Assembly: GCA_013239625.1 (NCBI GenBank)
Contig: MU055922.1
Coordinates: forward strand, 1,071,289 to 1,135,288
Length of the DNA stretch: 64,000 bases
Source of the DNA: Lama guanicoe
Lineage: Eukaryota
Direction: 5' to 3'
In this document: positions 47,801-61,433 of the stretch, in pieces
Layout: each line of letters starts with the position of its first letter
Numbering within the stretch: position 1 is the stretch's first letter
Position numbers and translations under genes: made by a program
Notes under the pieces: generated by a model
Told to the model about the DNA's origin: nothing
Database searches by the model: none
Seen by the model: the letters and a program-made list of their open reading frames with translations, nothing else

Positions 47801-49663
47801 TTTAAAGCCTGCAAATTCCTGGGGGATGTGAAGCGGGGAGCAACCCGAGCTCAGCAAGCAAGCAAGCATTGCCCAGTAGGCCAAACCCAAAGTCAGACAG
47901 CGGCCCCGCAGCCCCGCTGGCATCACCTCTCCAGGAAGGGCTAATAGGGGGCAAGCTGTTCAAGTCACGTGAATCAGAAGGCCCTCAATTCACGGAGTCA
48001 CAGTTTCTGAGCACTCGCTCCATGCCTAACGTGTTTGGCATTAGAGATACAATGGTGGAAAGGTCCTCGCCTGCAAGAGGCTTGCAGGCCAGTGGGGAGA
48101 CAGGTAAACGCACAATTCATTCATCAGGCAATTTCTAAGGGTGCACTTGGGAAGAGCTGGGCCAGAGGGCTGTTGGGCTTCTAGAGCACGCGGGAAGTGC
48201 CTGGTCAGACCCGAGAGTGTCTAGGGAGGATCCAGGAAGAAGGGGAGTCCGCACTGAGACCTGCAGGAAGAGCAGGACTGCGGAGGGACAGTCAGGAGGG
48301 CGGGAAACGGCTCATCTGACAGGTACCACCCGCTGCCTGTTCTTGGCGTTGGCTCTAGGCTTGTACACATAGCTCACGCTCGACTCACCTTCATTTGTGA
48401 GGCATACTTTGGCCTCGCAAGTAGAGAGCTTGCCAAATACTAAAAATGAGTTACATTTGCACATCGCTTTCACGTATTTTATCTTAGTCAATCTTCAAAA
48501 CGGTCTGTGAGGTCGGTAGACTACCCAGTACTGCTGTCGTGTCCCATTTATAGAAAAGGAGACTGAGGACTAGGACCCTGCGCTCTGTTCGCCCGGCGCA
48601 GGGCGGCCCCGAGCGGCAGCGCACATCCGGGGCTTTCATTCTCGCCCGCCCCTCCAGCTCCCCCGTGAGGGCAGAGAGCGCCTTCCGTGCGGCTGTACCC
48701 CCAACGCCGAGCAGGGTGAGAGCTCCATCGACATGCGCGGAGTTACCAGTTTATCTTCTCTCTGAAGTTCTACCTCACCTACCCTGCCTCCTGCTCCCAA
48801 GCGGTCAAAAGCAACAGTTTTACGCCTAGGTGTTAAAAGCACAGATCAAAGCTCACCAGGCTGGATTCGTGTTCCAGCCCCACTACCTGCCGGGTGGGGG
48901 CTCGGGGTGTGTCCCTTACCTCTCTGAGTCTTGGCTACCTGCCACTGAGGAAGATAAAAACCTGCTGGATGGAAAGGCTGTAAAGATAACACCTGGGCCA
49001 TGTTCCCCTCTGGTGACTGTTCACAACCTGTTATCTGTACCTTTATTTGCCTCCTTAGTCTTGTTTAGGGTCTACGTCCACCCACCAGAAGGTGAGCTCC
49101 TGAAAACAGGGTCTGTATGAGCCATCTCCAATCTCCCAGAGGCCCGGCGCTTTACAAACCCTTAGGCATCCAACAAGCGCCTGGAGAAGTGAATTGAACC
49201 AAGCTACCGCTTCGCCTGGCCTGGAGTTCAGAAGTCAGCCCTCGTCTGCTGTCCCACAAATACTGCTGACTGCCAGCGTGTGCAGTTCAGTCCAAGTAAA
49301 GGACGTGGAGTTGCAGGCTTGGCCCCTGTGCCTCCAGGAGATGTCCTGCTGGGAAGGATAACCTGGGACCTCTCCCTCACCAACCTGCCAGCGCGCGGCG
49401 ATCACAGAGCAGGTTTCAGGAGCTACACGTGGCAACACAAGTCTCACAATCTGGTTGTGTAACAGTCAAGCTGAGGTGCTGGACTTTGAGTTTTCTCAGC
49501 CCTAAGCTTCTCAGATTTCGCATAAAAAAAAAAAACCCAAAACAACCAAAAGTTCAGCCTTCAGGTCCCGTTAGGCTTTCTCATGGGACTTCAGGAATTT
49601 AAGGAGCCTCCAAGCTACTCTCCCCAGAAATGGCTTCCCAGGCTGTCAGCCCAGTGCCCTCAC

Positions 49664-49748
49664 CTTCATCAGTAGCTCCCGGCTGGTCAGATGGTTGTTA
49701 TGGTCTGAGAAGATATCTGAAAGTTCTTCAAACATCAGCATTCGGTCC
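49664..49748 (-). CDS. RGL1: RGL1 exon (DRMLMFEELSDIFSDHNNHLTSRELLMK)
   Basis: ttgtag|G acceptor and AAG|gtgagg donor. 85 bp. Confidence 0.95.
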
Positions 49749-50011
49749 CTACAAAAGGGATGAAGAAAATATTAACAAATGAAGATTAGCAAAAGCCGAA
49801 CCCCCCCGGCCTGGCCGTCCTCAGGACCCGGCCCCGGGGGGTGGCGCCGAGCTCAGGACCCGTGGGCAAGGCGAGCACAGGTGAAGCCAATGACTTTTCT
49901 CATGCAGGGTGGCCTTTTTTTTTTTTTTAAGGTAGACATGGTCACCTATGTAAAGAGCCTGTGTAGGATATTTCCTAACCATGCATGTTATAATCATTAA
50001 AAAGAATCGTT

Positions 50012-50106
50012 GAATATGTATGTATAGGCATGGCTGGGACACTGTGCTGTGCACCAGAAACTGACACATTGTAACTGACTGTACTTCAATTAAGAAAAAA
50101 TTTTTT
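50012..50106 (+). mobile_element. Very short 5'-truncated young L1 3' end with target-site duplication
   Basis: ..actgtgctgtgcaccagaaactgacacattgtaactgactgtacttcaat plus an A-tail. Flanked by AAAAGAATCGTT (50000-50011) and AAAAGAATTGTT (50107-50118). Confidence 0.75.
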
Positions 50107-52131
50107 AAAAGAATTGTTAAATTGGGGTATTAAAGGTGCCTGATTGGGACATGTTGCCTTTAGCAAGTTAAAAAAAATTTAATCTTAGCAACACACACAC
50201 AGCCCCACGGGCCCCGAGAAATCATCTTGGCCAGTCCCCTCATTTCAGAGGTGAAGATGCCAGGGTCAGGGATTTGCCCAAGTTTCCACGACTAACTGCT
50301 GAGAGCTGCAGCACAGAACCCAAATTCCGGACTCACAGGCCGGTGGTCTTCCTCTCAAAGTCAGAGTATACGGTGGCTTCCGCATGGGCTCTGCAGTGAG
50401 GGGTGTGGGTTCAGATCCCAACTCCGCCACTCTCTCCCTAAAAGATCTCAGCCAAGTGGCTGAACTTTCCTGAGCTTGTTTTCTTATCTGCACAGTGGAA
50501 GCCCCGATGGCCCCTCACGGGATGGCTGTGAAATCAGCAGGGTCACACACACAAAGCGCCCACTGCGCCCCTGCCCCACCCTAGTCCCCGCGTCCCCACA
50601 GGCCTCTGCTTTCCTCGGCCCCTCCAGGGTTGCTGAGTGGATGGTTCTGAAGGCAAAGAACCCACAGAGAGGGTACTATCTGTGCAACACTTTCATTATC
50701 ATGAGAAAGCCACTGCTAAGAATTTATGTGTTTTACAATGAATATATTACTCTTAGAATTAAAAAAGAATCCTTAAAGCTACCTATATTTTGGGAAGAAC
50801 CATTAAGAACTTAATCACACGTGGGCTTAAACAGAGAAAAATAGACAGCTGTCTTCTCTGCCCACTGAAAGTTATTAACGTAAAGGATCATGGGGAAAGT
50901 GATAACCAGATAAGATGTCTTAACCCCATCCCTCGCGTTTAGCAATGGGAACTATGTAAAGCTGGTGCGGAAGTGGCTTCCCTAAGGACCTGTGGTACTT
51001 CTGTAGCGTCCTTGCTAGAACCTGAACCCAGCAACCAACCAAGAAACAAACCCGACGCCCATACGGTGCAGAACAGGGCTTTGAGGTTGGTTCTGTGGTC
51101 CTTCTTAAATACAGAAGCCAGCTCAAGAATGGGCCTTCTCATATGGTAACCAAGGAGATTAGAGAACAAGTCTACTTTTTTTTTTAACTTGGGTCTTAGC
51201 CTCAAATTTGCTGTGGATGAAATCTTAGGCTGCCTAAGTGACCTTCCATAGAGTCCAAGGTATGGACCACCACGGGAAGACAGGATTACCTTTCACTGCC
51301 ACCAGAGAAAGCTGCAGTGGGGCAAGGCTGGCTGCACGTCAGCCCCTGATCGTCCCTTTGTTTCTGACACCACGGCTGGGGCTGGGGCGCAGCGGTGAGG
51401 GGCAGGGGGGGGCGGGGTGTCGAGGACAAGGGCTCTGCAGGCATCTGACTTTCCTTCCCTGTCTCACCGGGGCCTGTCACCTAATGACTTGATAGGACCC
51501 GTATCTTTCCTAAGACTCCTGTGCAGAGGAATATCAGTCAACTTATCTCTATCACACACAGAGTTACCTTGATTATTGAAATTAATGAAGAGAAGGAAGA
51601 ACCCAAGAAAAGACTGGGAATCAGGAAAACTGCCCTCGACTTTGAAAAGCCTGTCCGCCCCCACCTCTTCTCCTGACAGATAACAGAGCCGAGCTCTGGA
51701 GTCCAGCTGGCGGTGGCGTCTGCAGCCCCGGAACACCAGGCGCTAGAATTGCCCGCTTCCAAACCCGCTACCCATCAAAGGATCACATCATAAATAATGT
51801 GACGTCCCCCAAGCAGACGTTCCCCTGATTGAGAATCCGAGCTTATCGGTCGCTTGGGTGCTCTGGGTCTCCTCTCTCAGCATAAATGTTCGAAGTTCTG
51901 GTTTACCAACCTGAGTCTCTTGCAAGCTAGGACAGTGTCAGTCCCTGAAGGCTTAGCCAGCTCTGATTGAGCTGATGGAATGGACCATTGGACTCTAAGG
52001 ACCAAACCCACTGATTCTACAAGGCAGGCCTGCCTGGGGAGCCAGATGGCCCCTCTCCGGACCACAGCTGACTATGCTGCATTCAGTAGCATATATAAAC
52101 AGTCCACTCATCCTTCCCTGTTATGGCCTGA

Positions 52132-52249
52132 TTTCTTCTTTTTTGGGGGGGGGGAATTAGGTTTATTTATTTATTTATATTTAGTTTTTAATGGACATAC
52201 TGGGGATTGAACCCAGGACCTTGTACACTCTAAGCACGCACTCTACCAC
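52132..52249 (-). mobile_element. Vic-1-type SINE (camelid), slightly 5'-truncated
   Basis: Minus strand GTGGTAGAGTGCGTGCTTAGAGTGTACAAGGTCCTGGGTTCAATCCCCAGTA..AATAAACCTAATTCCCCCCC plus an A-tail. Confidence 0.8.
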
Positions 52250-52913
52250 CGCCAGACCCTCTGGTCTGTGAGTGAAGCTCTGGGAATGGGGGCGAGAGTG
52301 ACAGTGAAACACTTAAGGACATTCTATTGTTCATCGTTCCAAAGGTTACAGCAAGAAATATGAAGAAAATCACAACACAGAAAGTGGTCAGTTAATAATT
52401 GTTGTCGGGTACCCAGGAAAGAGCACTTAGAGGTTTGTAACATCACGAAGATAGCTTTTACTATGCTGAAGCGGAAACGAGCTAAACAGATTCCTGTCGA
52501 ACAGCAAGACCTAACGTCCATCTGCACACGTCATCCCTCACGGCTTGCAACGGTTTAGGGCTCTGGAACGTGGCTGCCAAATAACCGGGAGTAACGGCAA
52601 AACATTGTAACTTCATCACTCCACAGCCTTAGCCCTCGAACCCCTGACAAGATGCACATCCTTAAACTCACCCCCCCATGCCAGTCATCTTGACTCTGGC
52701 ACCCTCTGAGGATCGGTCTGATTTCCGCAGCAGCCCTACCTCAGAACTCATTAGCGGCGATGTGTAAGACGCACCCCGCCTGGGACACGCAGAGGCTTTC
52801 AAATGTGTTTCTCTAGTTACATAATGCGAGCTTAGCAGGTGAGGACCCACGCCATTCATGCAGCAACCAACCAGCCCAGCCAAAGAAAGCGGAGCAGACA
52901 CCTGGGAACTTAC

Positions 52914-53017
52914 TTTGGGACCGCAGCCCAAGTCTTTTTTAAGCGATAGATGGAATTAGACTGCAGAGCTGAAACGATGGCCCGCAAGGAGGAGAAATTC
53001 TTCAGGATTCTACATTC
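52914..53017 (-). CDS. RGL1: RGL1 exon ([35 protein letters not shown])
   Basis: atacag|GAA acceptor and AA|gtaagt donor. CDC25 motif NFSS..AI.SAL..RLKKTW. 104 bp. Confidence 0.96.
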
Positions 53018-54287
53018 CTGTATGGAGAGTGATCAAAACATAAAAGGCATTTAAATATCAATAATACAGTGAGTTGGTGGCTTCCTGTTTTAGAAGTATC
53101 ACAGCCGCTATGAATTCTTACCACTAAATAGGCAGCTGTGTAAATACCGAACATCAAAATAGTGGTTCCTTACTCCCACCCTGGTCACCGAAACACTTTA
53201 TAGGTTTTGGCTCCGCCGGCTTGTTTTTCTCCCTTTAATATATTTTTTTGCGTTGTTGTTACAGTTTTATAGTTTCCAGCTTTCCCAGTGAAAACACGGA
53301 CAGAGGTGAGTCTGCAGAGCTATGAGAGAGAAAGCAGACTTTCTTCTGCTGCGAGCACCCAGATGCCCTAAAAATACCCATGAAAGATGCCTGTATCCTT
53401 TAGAGCCACAAAGTGAACCGGGCAGCGGCCACTTCGAGGTCAGACGGTATCAAACATCTCATGACCCACCCCTGTCCAGAGGGGGGCGTATAACTTGGCA
53501 GTAAAAATTCGCCACAAGTTGAACTTTGGCTTTTATGCTCCTTGGCCAAGAGGGAGTATTTTTATACACATTCATTTGGTTTCAAACTGGCTTGTGCCTC
53601 AATCATAAACATTCAGAAACACCTTGGTACCTCAATGTTTCCAAAATAACCTGGGCTTTTAAAATAAAATTCATTTTGGCAGCGCTTTAAAACAAAATAA
53701 AAAGAGAACAGGAAGCATTCTGGATGGCATTTCCTGGGGCAGGAGAAGGGCTCCCTGATCCCCACACTGAAGCTACCGTTCAGAGGCTGTAGCAGCAGCA
53801 GACAGTGACCCTGGAGTTAAAGTCCTGCGGAAGGATTGGCAGCGACAGTGAAGCAGTCAGAGAGAGGGCCCCATTCTCAGCTGGAAGGAGAAGGTGGCAG
53901 CACGGAGACAGCAGACTATGCCTGCCTCACGTCCGCAGAGAAGCTTCCTACGCGGGCGTGTGGGAGTGTAGCACACCCACTGTTTACGATCGAGGACACT
54001 GTGCGCGTGGGCTCGGCTTCGTGCAGGGCTTCCGGGGCAAGAGGTCCCAGGCTGGTTGGGCGTAAATGCACACTGCTTACAAGATCACTTCATGAAGTCA
54101 TGCTGATCCTGACTATGAAGGGAAAATGGCATTCTCTGACTTAGCACGCCCAAATCTGGCTACTTAAAATTACCGTGCCAAACAAACAAACCCCACGGCA
54201 TTTTCTTAGAGTAAATGCCAAAGTTCTTTACAAAAGTTATGCCCACTCTTTTGAAATGCCTCAATGCTTTCCTTTTATTGAAAAAGA

Positions 54288-54331
54288 AAGAGAGAGAGAG
54301 AGAAAGCGGAGAGCGAGCGAGCGAGCGAGCC
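54288..54331. repeat. Compound (GA)n/(GAGC)n microsatellite
   Basis: Read directly from the sequence. Confidence 0.8.
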
Positions 54332-55092
54332 AGAGTGCACTCTGAATTAGTCAGCCTGGAAACCGAGCCCACGAGAGCACGGTTCAACAGAGGTTCAGAA
54401 TCCAAGTTATGTTCTAAAAATCAGGAAACTTGCAATAAATAAAGGAACTTGGGCACAGATATTTCATGCAAATTGTAATAAACATATGGAACACATTATT
54501 CAGAAAGAGGCTTAAGCTCAGGGTTTAAAGGAATACGAGAAGCATCTGGCCCCCTTTCCAGAAGAAGAGGTATCTTCAGAGAGATGTGATGCAAAAGCAA
54601 AAAAGGCAGCCGTGAGGGCAGTCCAAGACAATACAGTCACACTGGGTCAGAGATAGTCTCTGCATGTAAAATGATCAATTTTCAAACATCCTCTCAACAG
54701 AAAATGTGATTAATGCAGGAGAAATAAAATATATCTTGGCTGGAAACCACCTGTGAGTTTTATTGTCTTATTAAGTAACCCACACAATTCCCAGCATGCT
54801 CAACACTGGGAACCTTAACCTCCAAGAGTGAAGGACCCTTGGCTTTTAAGCATGTGCTGTGGGGTTTGGAGCATATCTCACATTATACAATTTGGATTTC
54901 TCATTATCACATAAATGCACAATTTATCTTTAATTTGGACCAAAAGTGATTGTTTGAGCCCCACGCTCACATACACAGATGCTATATGGCGTCCATAGAT
55001 TTTCTAAGCATTTGAGTGGATTAAAGGTAGATTATTTTCTTCTGAGACACACAGATGACTGTAAATGATATGACATTTTTGGTCAAAAAATT

Positions 55093-55110
55093 ATATATAT
55101 ATATATATAT
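55093..55110. repeat. (TA)n microsatellite followed by poly-T
   Basis: Read directly from the sequence. Confidence 0.85.
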
Positions 55111-55912
55111 TTTTTTTAATCATTATAAGAAGACAGAGAAGTTCCATGCACTTTCACACTATCAGAATTTCTTCTGTAGCTCTCATTTGTTGATAAATAA
55201 GCTAAATTCAGAACAGGAGAAATCTAAGTCACATACAATATTCATCGTTTCTTCCATGGAGTATTTTTTCATATACGAAAAAGTCTGTGGTATCAGACCA
55301 CCTCAAGATTCAAAATAAAGCAGCTTCTCCGATACAATTATGGCTTTGCTATTTAGTCAAAGACCACAAAAGAAAATGCAAAAACAAACAAACAGAAAAC
55401 ATGAAAGTTTCAGCATTAAGCCCATAGACAGGGGCTTCATGAGAAAAGTACGTAATGGGATAGAAAACAAAATGTGTTTTGGAGAGCGCTGGCTGACCCC
55501 TACAGCCCAGGACGTGGGATATTTACATGACAACTTTTGTCAAAATTGTTGTTAATTACATAGCTTTTGCTGATGTAACTTCTGCCTAGAAAAAAAAATC
55601 TTCCCCAACCTTCAAATACCCCAAATCCCATCAGTTGTTCAAAGCTAAATTCAAAGGTCATCCTACGTGCCGAGCCTTCCTTGACCACCCCCGTCAGGAG
55701 AGATCCTCCCTCCTCCACGTTCGCAGTGCTCATCTGGTAAGGCCCCCGCCCCCACTCTTCAGCCTGGGCTGAGCCAATTCCAAGCATATCTGAGCTTCCT
55801 TGTTGGACGACAGGCTCCTGCAGGGCCACGTTAATTGTGCTGGGCCTGTATGTGACCCCAAAGTACTTAATGCTGCAACTCAGGAGCATTTAGGGGCTCA
55901 TGAGATGTTTGG

Positions 55913-55933
55913 TGACTGACTGACTGACTGACT
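55913..55933. repeat. (TGAC)5 repeat, probably the tail of an L2 remnant at about 55590-55933
   Basis: Read directly from the sequence. The upstream text (tcaaagctaaattcaaaggtcatcc..gagccttccttgaccacccc) is L2-like. Confidence 0.6.
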
Positions 55934-56576
55934 ACTGCTCACCTTTTCTCAATCATGAAATAAGATGCTCATAAGTGAGGGTCATATGGCGTGGAAGCAG
56001 TTGACCCAAGGGACTGACAGCCAGCAGAATGTAATTCAGGCAGAGGAACATACTTCAGATGTAAGGCCCTCAGAAAAGCCCTCACTTAATGTGGAATCTC
56101 TGTATCTCTTTAGAAAAGAGATTTGGGATTCAGAGAAGGTACCGGCTCTTCAAATCTGCACAAGATATAAATAAAGCTTCCAGGTGCTGGAAGGATGCAT
56201 GCGGAATCCGCCTGCATTGAAGAGCGGCCCATTGGACACTCACACCATGAGTTTATATCTACTGAACACGGGCAGGACCAACACTCAGTCTGTGAAAAAG
56301 CAGACGTGCCATTTCACCCAGGAGAAGCATCAGTATGGGGGCCCATGAGCAGGAAGAAGTGAGCAAGGGGACAATTTTTCTGAAGAGGAAGAACACATAA
56401 GCTCTCCCATTAAGAAAAGCAACCTCTTTTTTCTTGCTTCGGAAGGGCAACACCAAGGGCAACAAAAACCCAGTGCGCCATCACATGTGGTCCTTTAATT
56501 GCCTTTCAACCAAATGGAAACATCAGAGTGACGGAGTCGTCTCCCATAAAAATAATATTTTGAAAAAGACAATTAC

Positions 56577-56792
56577 ATGAGCAATGTTAATCCACTTCTC
56601 GATGATTTTGGCTCTCTGCTGGGTTTTGAGCTCTCTGCCCCCCAGGATGGTGCTGACAACGCATTTGGTGAGGGTGTTAAACTGAGAGATGGTGGCGCGG
56701 ATCGTAGGAGCCAGATGTTTGTTTTCCTTCTTGTCCCTTCGAGACCAGATGCAGCCCAGGCAGTGGTGAGGCACTACTTTCTTGAACAGTTG
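56577..56792 (-). CDS. RGL1: RGL1 exon, CDC25 domain (QLFKKVVPHHCLGCIWSRRDKK..QQRAKIIEKWINIAH)
   Basis: ttccag|CAA acceptor and CAT|gtaatt donor. 216 bp. Confidence 0.96.
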
Positions 56793-58206
56793 CTGGAACA
56801 AGAGAGGAATGGACCTTAAGGACAACGCAGACATTTCATATGGCAAAGCACGTCATCTGGGTCGTCTGTAAATGGGTATTTTGTGAAGGCACAAATGATC
56901 CTTTTCTACTTGCTTTCCCTCATGGTGTCCATTTCAGTAGACAAAAGTAAATGATTAATATATTAACTGATCAGAAAAGGCCACACATTCTTTCTAAATC
57001 TGCTCAACTGAACAAACGGAACACAAGACCAAAAGAAAATTTAAATGACCAAAGACATTTTGACTTTTCTGTCCTGGAAGGAAAGCCAGGTAAAAATCTA
57101 TACTGCTAATCAAAAAGAAGTGGTTAAGATTATTCTGACCCCAGAGTCATATCCACAGTACGTTCTGGACATTCACAATCATGAACTGGGTTTGATGCAT
57201 ACCGGTTCACCTGAAAAGTGATTCGCAGGACACGTGACACTCATCAATGTCACTATTTCCTGTCATTTGAAATGAAGAAAGTAAGAAACATATAAAAGGA
57301 AAAACTATTCAACATCTCACTGTAAACGCAAGAAAGAGGGATTTAAAGCCTGGTTTCCAGGTCTTGCCTAAAAGTCATAACCAGTGAAATTTTCCATCTT
57401 TTTCTTACACTATCAGTTGTGAACAAGAATGAATTTGTGGACAAGTCTGAATCTGCTTTGTACAACAACCCAGTCTGAGCTGTGTGAGGGCTTGTGTTCC
57501 AGAGGGAGCACCAGGACTTACCTTGTGCAGACTCTCTGGTTTACTTTGGCTAGTTTACTTGCCGGCTAACTGGATGGCAGCTCTCTGCCACTTTCTACGC
57601 TGCTTCGTCCAGAGTGACAAAAGTGCAGAAAGGCTAACACCACTGGGATGATCTGTAATGGCCCTCTTTTCTTTACCCAGCTAACACTGAGCTGTGAGAT
57701 GTGACTGATGTGATCAAGTGTGTACAGCTCACAAAAATATTCAAACTTCAAAAGACCAGGAAGCACATGTGGAAATGAGCTGCCAGATAGAGTCACATGT
57801 GGGTTCAGTGAATTTATTTTATCCCAACTTATACTTTGACCCCTTTACAATCCTCCAAATAAAACAGTTCAGATCTTGAAATATTTATGAGTCTAAAGGG
57901 AGAGGAAAACCCAGGGAACAGGACAGATTTTGTTTCACCAGGATTAGAATTCTTGGTTCCCTCTGGGTATTGAGCGCCAAGTGAAAAGCACCTTCGCCCA
58001 GAATTGTAAGAAGAGCTCAGGCCTGAATTATTCAGATGAGTGATTCAAATCACATCTTTACCCTGCATTTGCAGGCACAGCTTCTCTCTCAAGGATTTGA
58101 AAAGACTTCAAATCACGTTACCCCACTGGCCTGCCTGGGGCCACCAGTACTGTCACTCCCCACGTTTTACGTAGAAGCGAGCCTGAGGCACAAGGGGGAG
58201 ACGTAC

Positions 58207-58331
58207 CGCGTCCATGTAGGTCAGCTGCTCGGCCACGAGATCTTCGGAGAAGCACGTGAATTCCGCGGACCCGCCCCCCTCCAGGTCCTCCTCCTCCTCC
58301 AGGCTGAAGGAGATGGTGTTGGGAAACCCGT
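58207..58331 (-). CDS. RGL1: RGL1 exon (NGFPNTISFSLEEEEDLEGGGSAEFTCFSEDLVAEQLTYMDA), start of the CDC25 domain
   Basis: gtacag|AC acceptor and GCG|gtacgt donor. AEQLT motif. 125 bp. Confidence 0.94.
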
Positions 58332-58701
58332 CTGTACACAGGCGGAAAAAAATCAGTCATCTGGTGCCCCTGTATATGACCCTGTTCATAGAGTCAAACT
58401 GGACTCGGACTGAGGAAGGGGAGGGCTACAATCCCTCAGCAAACCCACAGGGAGAGAACAGCATGGAGTGGAATGAGGGTCTTCCCAACCTCTGCTGCTC
58501 CGAGACACTTTGTAAGCTCAGAGGCCTCACGGTGTCACTTGGACAAACCACTGGCTCCCCGGCCAAGGACGGCCAACTTGGGCAGAGTCTGGAGAAGCAC
58601 AGCTGGGCTACATTCGGGGGCCTCATTCTGGGCTCCCTCAACCTCCCTGATCAACACAAGCACTAATCCAACTATTTCCTAAAGCTAACCATGCAATTCT
58701 T

Positions 58702-58804
58702 TTTTTTTTTTAATTGAGGTATAGTCAATTTACAGTGTTGTGTCAATTTCTGGTGCACAGCACAATGCTGCAGTCATACATGGATATGCATATATTCATG
58801 AATT
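58702..58804 (-). mobile_element. Very short 5'-truncated young L1 3' end with target-site duplication
   Basis: Poly-T followed by aattgaggtatagtcaatttacagtgttgtgtcaatttctggtgcacagcaca. Flanked by ATGCAATTCTT (58691-58701) and ATGCAACTCTT (58805-58815). Confidence 0.75.
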
Positions 58805-61433
58805 ATGCAACTCTTAATTACTGGGCCATTTATAACCAGAAGCCTAGACGGCCTAGGCATGAAGGCAGGGGGAGTAGAAGAGGGGCCATTTTGGTATCAG
58901 AAATGCTGATAAAGTCTTCAGAATTGTCAAAAAGTCCTTAGAGTTCTCAAAATTTTAGAAGCAGCTTTTGGCTTCCACTTAAAAGTATTCTAGAAGCCAC
59001 AGAACAGTCTTAACCTGAATCCACCTGAACCTTATTAGAGACAAGATCATCAATTAGCAAATTAATAAGGCACAGACTGAAGAAGTGGGGAAAAGTCACT
59101 TCCCAGGACTCCAAATCCAAAGCAGAAGGGCTTGGCCTGGGAGCCGCATTCTGCAGGACTGGAATCGTTAGAGGTTTACCTTGACTCCCTCGCCTCCCCT
59201 CCCTGGAAACCTTCCCCGATTCCTGGGTGGTTCCCCAGCCTCACGCCTCTTCACACTCCTTGCTCTCCTGCCTGTTGAATCCGTTCTCAAGAAGAAAAAT
59301 CGAGTCACAGTCAGCTACATCTCAGCAGACAGTTAAATCAGTGTGTTACCGCTCCCCCAGAATGCCTGCATTGTAAGCCTTTGTGAAGTAAGACTTTTAG
59401 GCATCGTGGGTCAAGCTGGGGTGGCCTGTTCTTGGTTTCCTAGTGGAAAAGGGGTGCTGAGAGGGGACCATGTGGGTATCCGCCAATTCCGGTAACAAGT
59501 ATGTGATTTAAGACTGGCCCCCTCACCCTGGAGTTGAAGGCACTGGGTCTGGACCACAGCTGGGGAAGGAGGGAGGGAGTCACTGCCGGCCTCTGGAGTC
59601 TGGGACACAAACAGGCATGGGCTAAAGCAAGTGGAAACCCTCTGATTTCACCACTTCTCCACATAATTCTGGTCCTGTCTCATCTGGTGGAGGAATAAGA
59701 CATCTGACTGAAATCCCAAAGGTCAGAATGGGCCTCTCAGCCCTCTTGCTAGCCACCGTATGCACGTCGATCCCAGGCGCTCTGCGGCGCCGGGGCTGAC
59801 CCACTGCAGCCAGGGCCTGGGGGTGCTAAGGCTGATCTCAGTCACTCAACCCTGAATGAGGCCTGATCTGTACCCTGGAAGATGACACAGTCCTTTCTCT
59901 CTGGGGTTGAGTCCATACTTTCACTGTTCCTGCTTTTGACTCTCTTTCAGAGGTAAGTAGGTAAAAACTTGAAGCAAAATTTCCCCTTCGAAACACATGT
60001 AGGAGACTTCGCTTGCTTTCGCCAGCATGAAATTGGGTAAAGTTAGCACCTGGGGACCCAGCTCCTAAAACCCCTTTCCAACAACGATTCCTGTACTTAA
60101 TAAACAGAGAGTTTAGAGCTTTCTTGATTAAAAATTTCCAAACATAAAAGAAAATTCACTCCTGGGATTGCCTAAAAGCCTTTGTTCCCAAAGTCGGGCG
60201 ACCTGCCTCAGCCTGCCAGAGGGGCTGGCCTTCCATTCTGGCTGGAAACAATGACCACTGGTCCCACTGGTTCCCCAATTAGGCCGGGAGCCAGGGGCAG
60301 CCCCCGTGGGGAGATCCGGGCTCTACCCGGGCATCCACTCGAGCACAAAGACAGGAGGGGAGGCCCTGAAGGGAGCCGAGGCCGGCAGCTGGAGGAGTGC
60401 CCCCGGTATTCGGACATTCCCGGGGGGTGAAGTCATCTGCGATACAGCGGACTTGGCAGTCAGCTGCCAGTGATGCAACCGCATTTTCCCCCTCCCTGGC
60501 CTCCATACATAAAAAGTTCACAACAGGGACTGTTTGGAGTTTAAGGCTGTTTTCTTTGGCACTGATGCAGCTTCCCTTATCGGTGCTGAGGAAGCAGTTC
60601 CTTTCCCCCACGGAGGAAATCGGGCGTCACTTCAGGGAAATGCCTGTCAGAAGCTCCAAGTGGGTCAGCCGCCACCCCGCGGGCCAGTGAGGGGGTGAAA
60701 CGTCACGCTGCGGGCCCATCCTGACCTCGCTCTGACTTTCTTCAAAGCCTGACAGTTCGAGCAGCCCACGGCCTGCCGCGGTGGCCCTTCCTCTGTCCTT
60801 GAAAATAGGCTGTCAGCTCCTCAGTGAGGAAAAAACAGCCACAGGAACTTCCCTCTGGTGAGGCCATGGGAGACGCTAAATAAATGACGGTGATCGGCCC
60901 TGGCAGGGGACACATTCCAGAGATGCTTTCCGGCTGAAGGAGAAGCATGTTTTCCCAGCTTCTCCAGCTTTTGTGAGGGCGGGAGCAGCCCTGGATTGAA
61001 TTCCTTGCCTGCTGAGGTGGGGGATGGTTTGTGACGGGTTCTCACCTAACAGAAGGAGGACCCGGTTAGGCAGATGATGAAAAGCAAATTCAGGTTCCGC
61101 GCGATCTGTCATGACAGAGGAAGGTAGAAGCTCCCCGAGGAGCTCGTCCTCTTTCCGGTATGGAAAGAAGCTCTGGGAAATCACTTTCCTCGTCTATAAA
61201 CTGAGGGAGCCAGACCACAAAGTCTTGAATATCCCCTTTGCTCTAAAACTCTAGAGGCGCTGAAATTAGCACTTCGATAACCTCGAGAATGTCACACCTG
61301 CCGCCAGTCCCCCAGCGGCTTGTGCCGGGGGAAACCAAGGCCTCCTGTTCTACAAACATAGTGGGAACATCCCACCACGGTGGTTCGCAGACCCAGAGCC
61401 CAGCTCCTCCCTGGGAACCAGACAAGCACTCAC

